This document shows positions 58,538-60,458 of a stretch of DNA of 60,458 bases, one piece after another. The notes under the pieces were generated by a model, which saw only the letters and a program-made list of their open reading frames with translations, was not told the origin of the DNA and did no database searches. This DNA is from Spirochaetaceae bacterium. GTDB lineage: Bacteria; Spirochaetota; Spirochaetia; DSM-27196; SLAA01. The DNA lies in the NCBI GenBank assembly GCA_007695055.1, contig REEM01000110.1, forward strand, positions 1 through 60,458. The letters are read 5' to 3'. The translations under genes were made by a program, and so were the position numbers. Each line of letters starts with the position of its first letter. Position 1 is the first letter of the stretch.

Positions 58538-59374
58538 GTGCGCAGTTGGCGTACCCTTCTGAGACAGACTATACCCAATAGACCACTCGCCGTACTGCGT
58601 CTGCCATACCGCTATTGGAACAACGGCGACCTCGGGAGGGAGTCCAGTCGCCCGTGCTGTTCGCCGCACAAGTTCCGCCTGAGGCACAGCTGCTTCACTG
58701 ACGCCGAAGTAGGCCGTCCCCGCCTGGGCGTGCTCAAGCACTTCGGCATACAGACGGGCAAGATGGTCACGGCGGACGAGCGGCCAGGTCGCTTCCTCAG
58801 GAATTGGTATGCGAATACGGCCTGAGGCACTTGCGTCGGTCAGCAGGAGCGGCGGAACACCGGATTCTTCGTCTGTGACATTAGCCGGATGTATGACCAT
58901 GCCGTAGAGATCCGGGTGTGACAGAACTCTCAGGCACCCGTCGGTCGCCCACTGCCAGGAGCTCGGCGCGTTGTAGGGAGTCCGTGAGTCTGGTGCAGCA
59001 CTGCATGATCCAAACAGCCATAGGCCGCCGGTGTAGATAAGCCTTAGCTTATCCCCCGAGGCCTCGCTAGTTTGTGCCGCGGTGCGGGAGGCCGCGTGAG
59101 CGAAGATCGCGTTAAGGAGACTCCGGTCTACATCGCCTGCATCCGGCCCGAAACCCGTTGCAAGGTGAATAACAGCATCTGCCTCTGAGAGCCGTTCTAC
59201 CCAGTCTGCGGGAGTCGAGATTGAGCCATGAAGGACGGCAGCACCGAGTTCCCGAGCACGATCCGCCGAGGAATCCGAGCGGCAGAGAATGGTGGCTGCG
59301 TGACCTCTTGTGAGCAGTTCGCCGACAACCGCGCTGCCGACAGATCCTGTTCCACCCAGTATCAGTACGCGCAT
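58532..59374 (-). CDS. NAD-dependent epimerase/extended SDR, possibly C-terminally truncated
   Basis: GGTGSVG, AVIHLA, YTGGLW; ends abruptly, overlapping the OYE stop. Confidence 0.75.
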   Translation of the reverse strand: MRVLILGGTGSVGSAVVGELLTRGHAATILCRSDSSADRARELGAAVLHGSISTPADWVERLSEADAVIHLATGFGPDAGDVDRSLLNAIFAHAASRTAAQTSEASGDKLRLIYTGGLWLFGSCSAAPDSRTPYNAPSSWQWATDGCLRVLSHPDLYGMVIHPANVTDEESGVPPLLLTDASASGRIRIPIPEEATWPLVRRDHLARLYAEVLEHAQAGTAYFGVSEAAVPQAELVRRTARATGLPPEVAVVPIAVWQTQYGEWSIGYSLSQKGTPTAHS

Positions 59375-59465
59375 TATGCCACTGAGTGTACAAGGAAGCG
59401 GTGGAGTTGAACATGGCGGAGCTCGTTATGTGGTCTGCGTACGCCTGCCCGTCACGAGGAGCTTC

Positions 59466-59549
59466 AAGCCACGTAGCATGCGTGTCTTGAAACACCATTA
59501 TGGGTTTCCACTCCGACGGGCTGAAGCTGTCGAGCATGTCCCCGTCAAC
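59466..59549 (-). pseudogene. Junction scar of a Phd-vapC pair paralogous to 47669-48273
   Basis: DGDMLDSFSPSEWKP + MVFQDTHA vs NGDNLDSFSPSEWKP* + VVFLDTHV. Confidence 0.85.
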
Positions 59550-59605
59550 CGTGACCGTGACAATCCCAAACAAAGACGGTGCCTGCCTTCTTCAGCGCAT
59601 GCCCG

Positions 59606-60223
59606 CTACCGATACATCCCAATCCGCCGGACGGATATGTCCGCTTCAAACGCGGTAGTGCCCGCAACGATAGCAATAGATTGAAGCTGTCGCAGATTTG
59701 GAGTTCCGCGCCTGAACATAGAAGAGCCGGAGAAGTCGTCGAAGGGTATGCGTACGGTTTGCCACTGCGCGCTGACCGGAAGTGGGGCAGCGTAGTAGGA
59801 CCAGGGGAGCAAGTTCTGTGTTGTTCGCACATGCACAAAGTAGTTTCCCGCGCTTCCGCGAACATCAAGTTCTATCCCGCGGTAGTCGCGTGCATCAAGC
59901 CGTTTCTCTCCGTTTTTCAGCGGCAGGCGGACTTGTATGAAACCACCATTATTCTCAAGCGATACTCTGCCGGTCATTCGGAGAAAACGGCTATTCGGTT
60001 CCTGTACAATGTGTGCCCGCATATCGGATCGTCCACCCATGACCCTGTCGGTTAAGCTCTGCCATGCGGTACCATGGGTCGATATGCCATTTGCATTTGT
60101 GAAGTCATCGAGGAGCAGAAGCGACTCTGGGGGCGTGTCGGCCATACCAGTAAAGCCTCCCGGAACCGTGAGCAGAAACAAGATGATCCCTACCGTGAAT
60201 ATTCGCCGCCGCAGTTCATTCAT
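59606..60223 (-). CDS. Secreted CIA30-family protein
   Basis: Signal peptide, DRVMGGRS, VSLENNGGF, WQTVRIPFDDF. Confidence 0.85.
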   Translation of the reverse strand: MNELRRRIFTVGIILFLLTVPGGFTGMADTPPESLLLLDDFTNANGISTHGTAWQSLTDRVMGGRSDMRAHIVQEPNSRFLRMTGRVSLENNGGFIQVRLPLKNGEKRLDARDYRGIELDVRGSAGNYFVHVRTTQNLLPWSYYAAPLPVSAQWQTVRIPFDDFSGSSMFRRGTPNLRQLQSIAIVAGTTAFEADISVRRIGMYR

Positions 60224-60290
60224 GCTTGTAAGTTACTTTGAAATCACGATCGAACCAATCCTGGCCTCCGGCGTTTGTCGCCAAAACACA

Positions 60291-60458
60291 CCGGACTGAC
60301 GCCCGAGGAAGCATGGGAAGATATAGAAGCGCTGATAGCATGGGATCCGGTCCCGGTGAACGCAAGTTGTATGCGAGTCGCCAGGCATATCGAACTGCGA
60401 TACGGCCTGTCCTGGTGGGATAGCCTGATCATTGCGGCCTGCAGCCAGGCCGGTTGTA
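60291..60458 (+). pseudogene. vapC: 5'-truncated near-identical vapC copy (runs off window end)
   Basis: Matches 47366-47533 with 4 mismatches; no homology upstream of 60291. Confidence 0.85.

Noticed and set aside
43100-60458. Integron/attC cassette array
   Set aside because: Mixed orientations, genes have their own promoters, no recurrent RYYYAAC...GTTRRRY sites or intI seen by eye

Overview
Bacterial accessory-rich chromosomal region. It is probably from a Spirochaetia-like organism, an inference from the secreted binding proteins that begin with FGAGRSEE / FAGGAAE / AAGRQE motifs. Main contents: (i) a zinc-homeostasis set split over two loci (znuACB + COG0523 GTPase with an unusual inserted domain + WD40 protein; Fur-family regulator + DinB + second COG0523), tied together by a shared 17-bp operator-like motif; (ii) a 3018-aa cyclic beta-1,2-glucan synthase with a CRP-type palindrome at class II (-41.5) geometry, converging on a Crp/Fnr regulator gene; (iii) Fe-chelate/B12-type, LIV-type and YtrA-type ABC modules, acs, a serA-like gene, a MocR cluster and several regulator+enzyme cargo modules; (iv) about 12 type II toxin-antitoxin loci or scars, mostly at junctions between cargo modules. 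Most VapC toxins are disabled (frameshift, internal deletion, start-codon loss through a synonymous antitoxin change) while their antitoxins persist. Many genes appear leaderless. No rRNA, tRNA, CRISPR, transposase or integrase was recognised. All assignments come from motif reading; no database searches were run.
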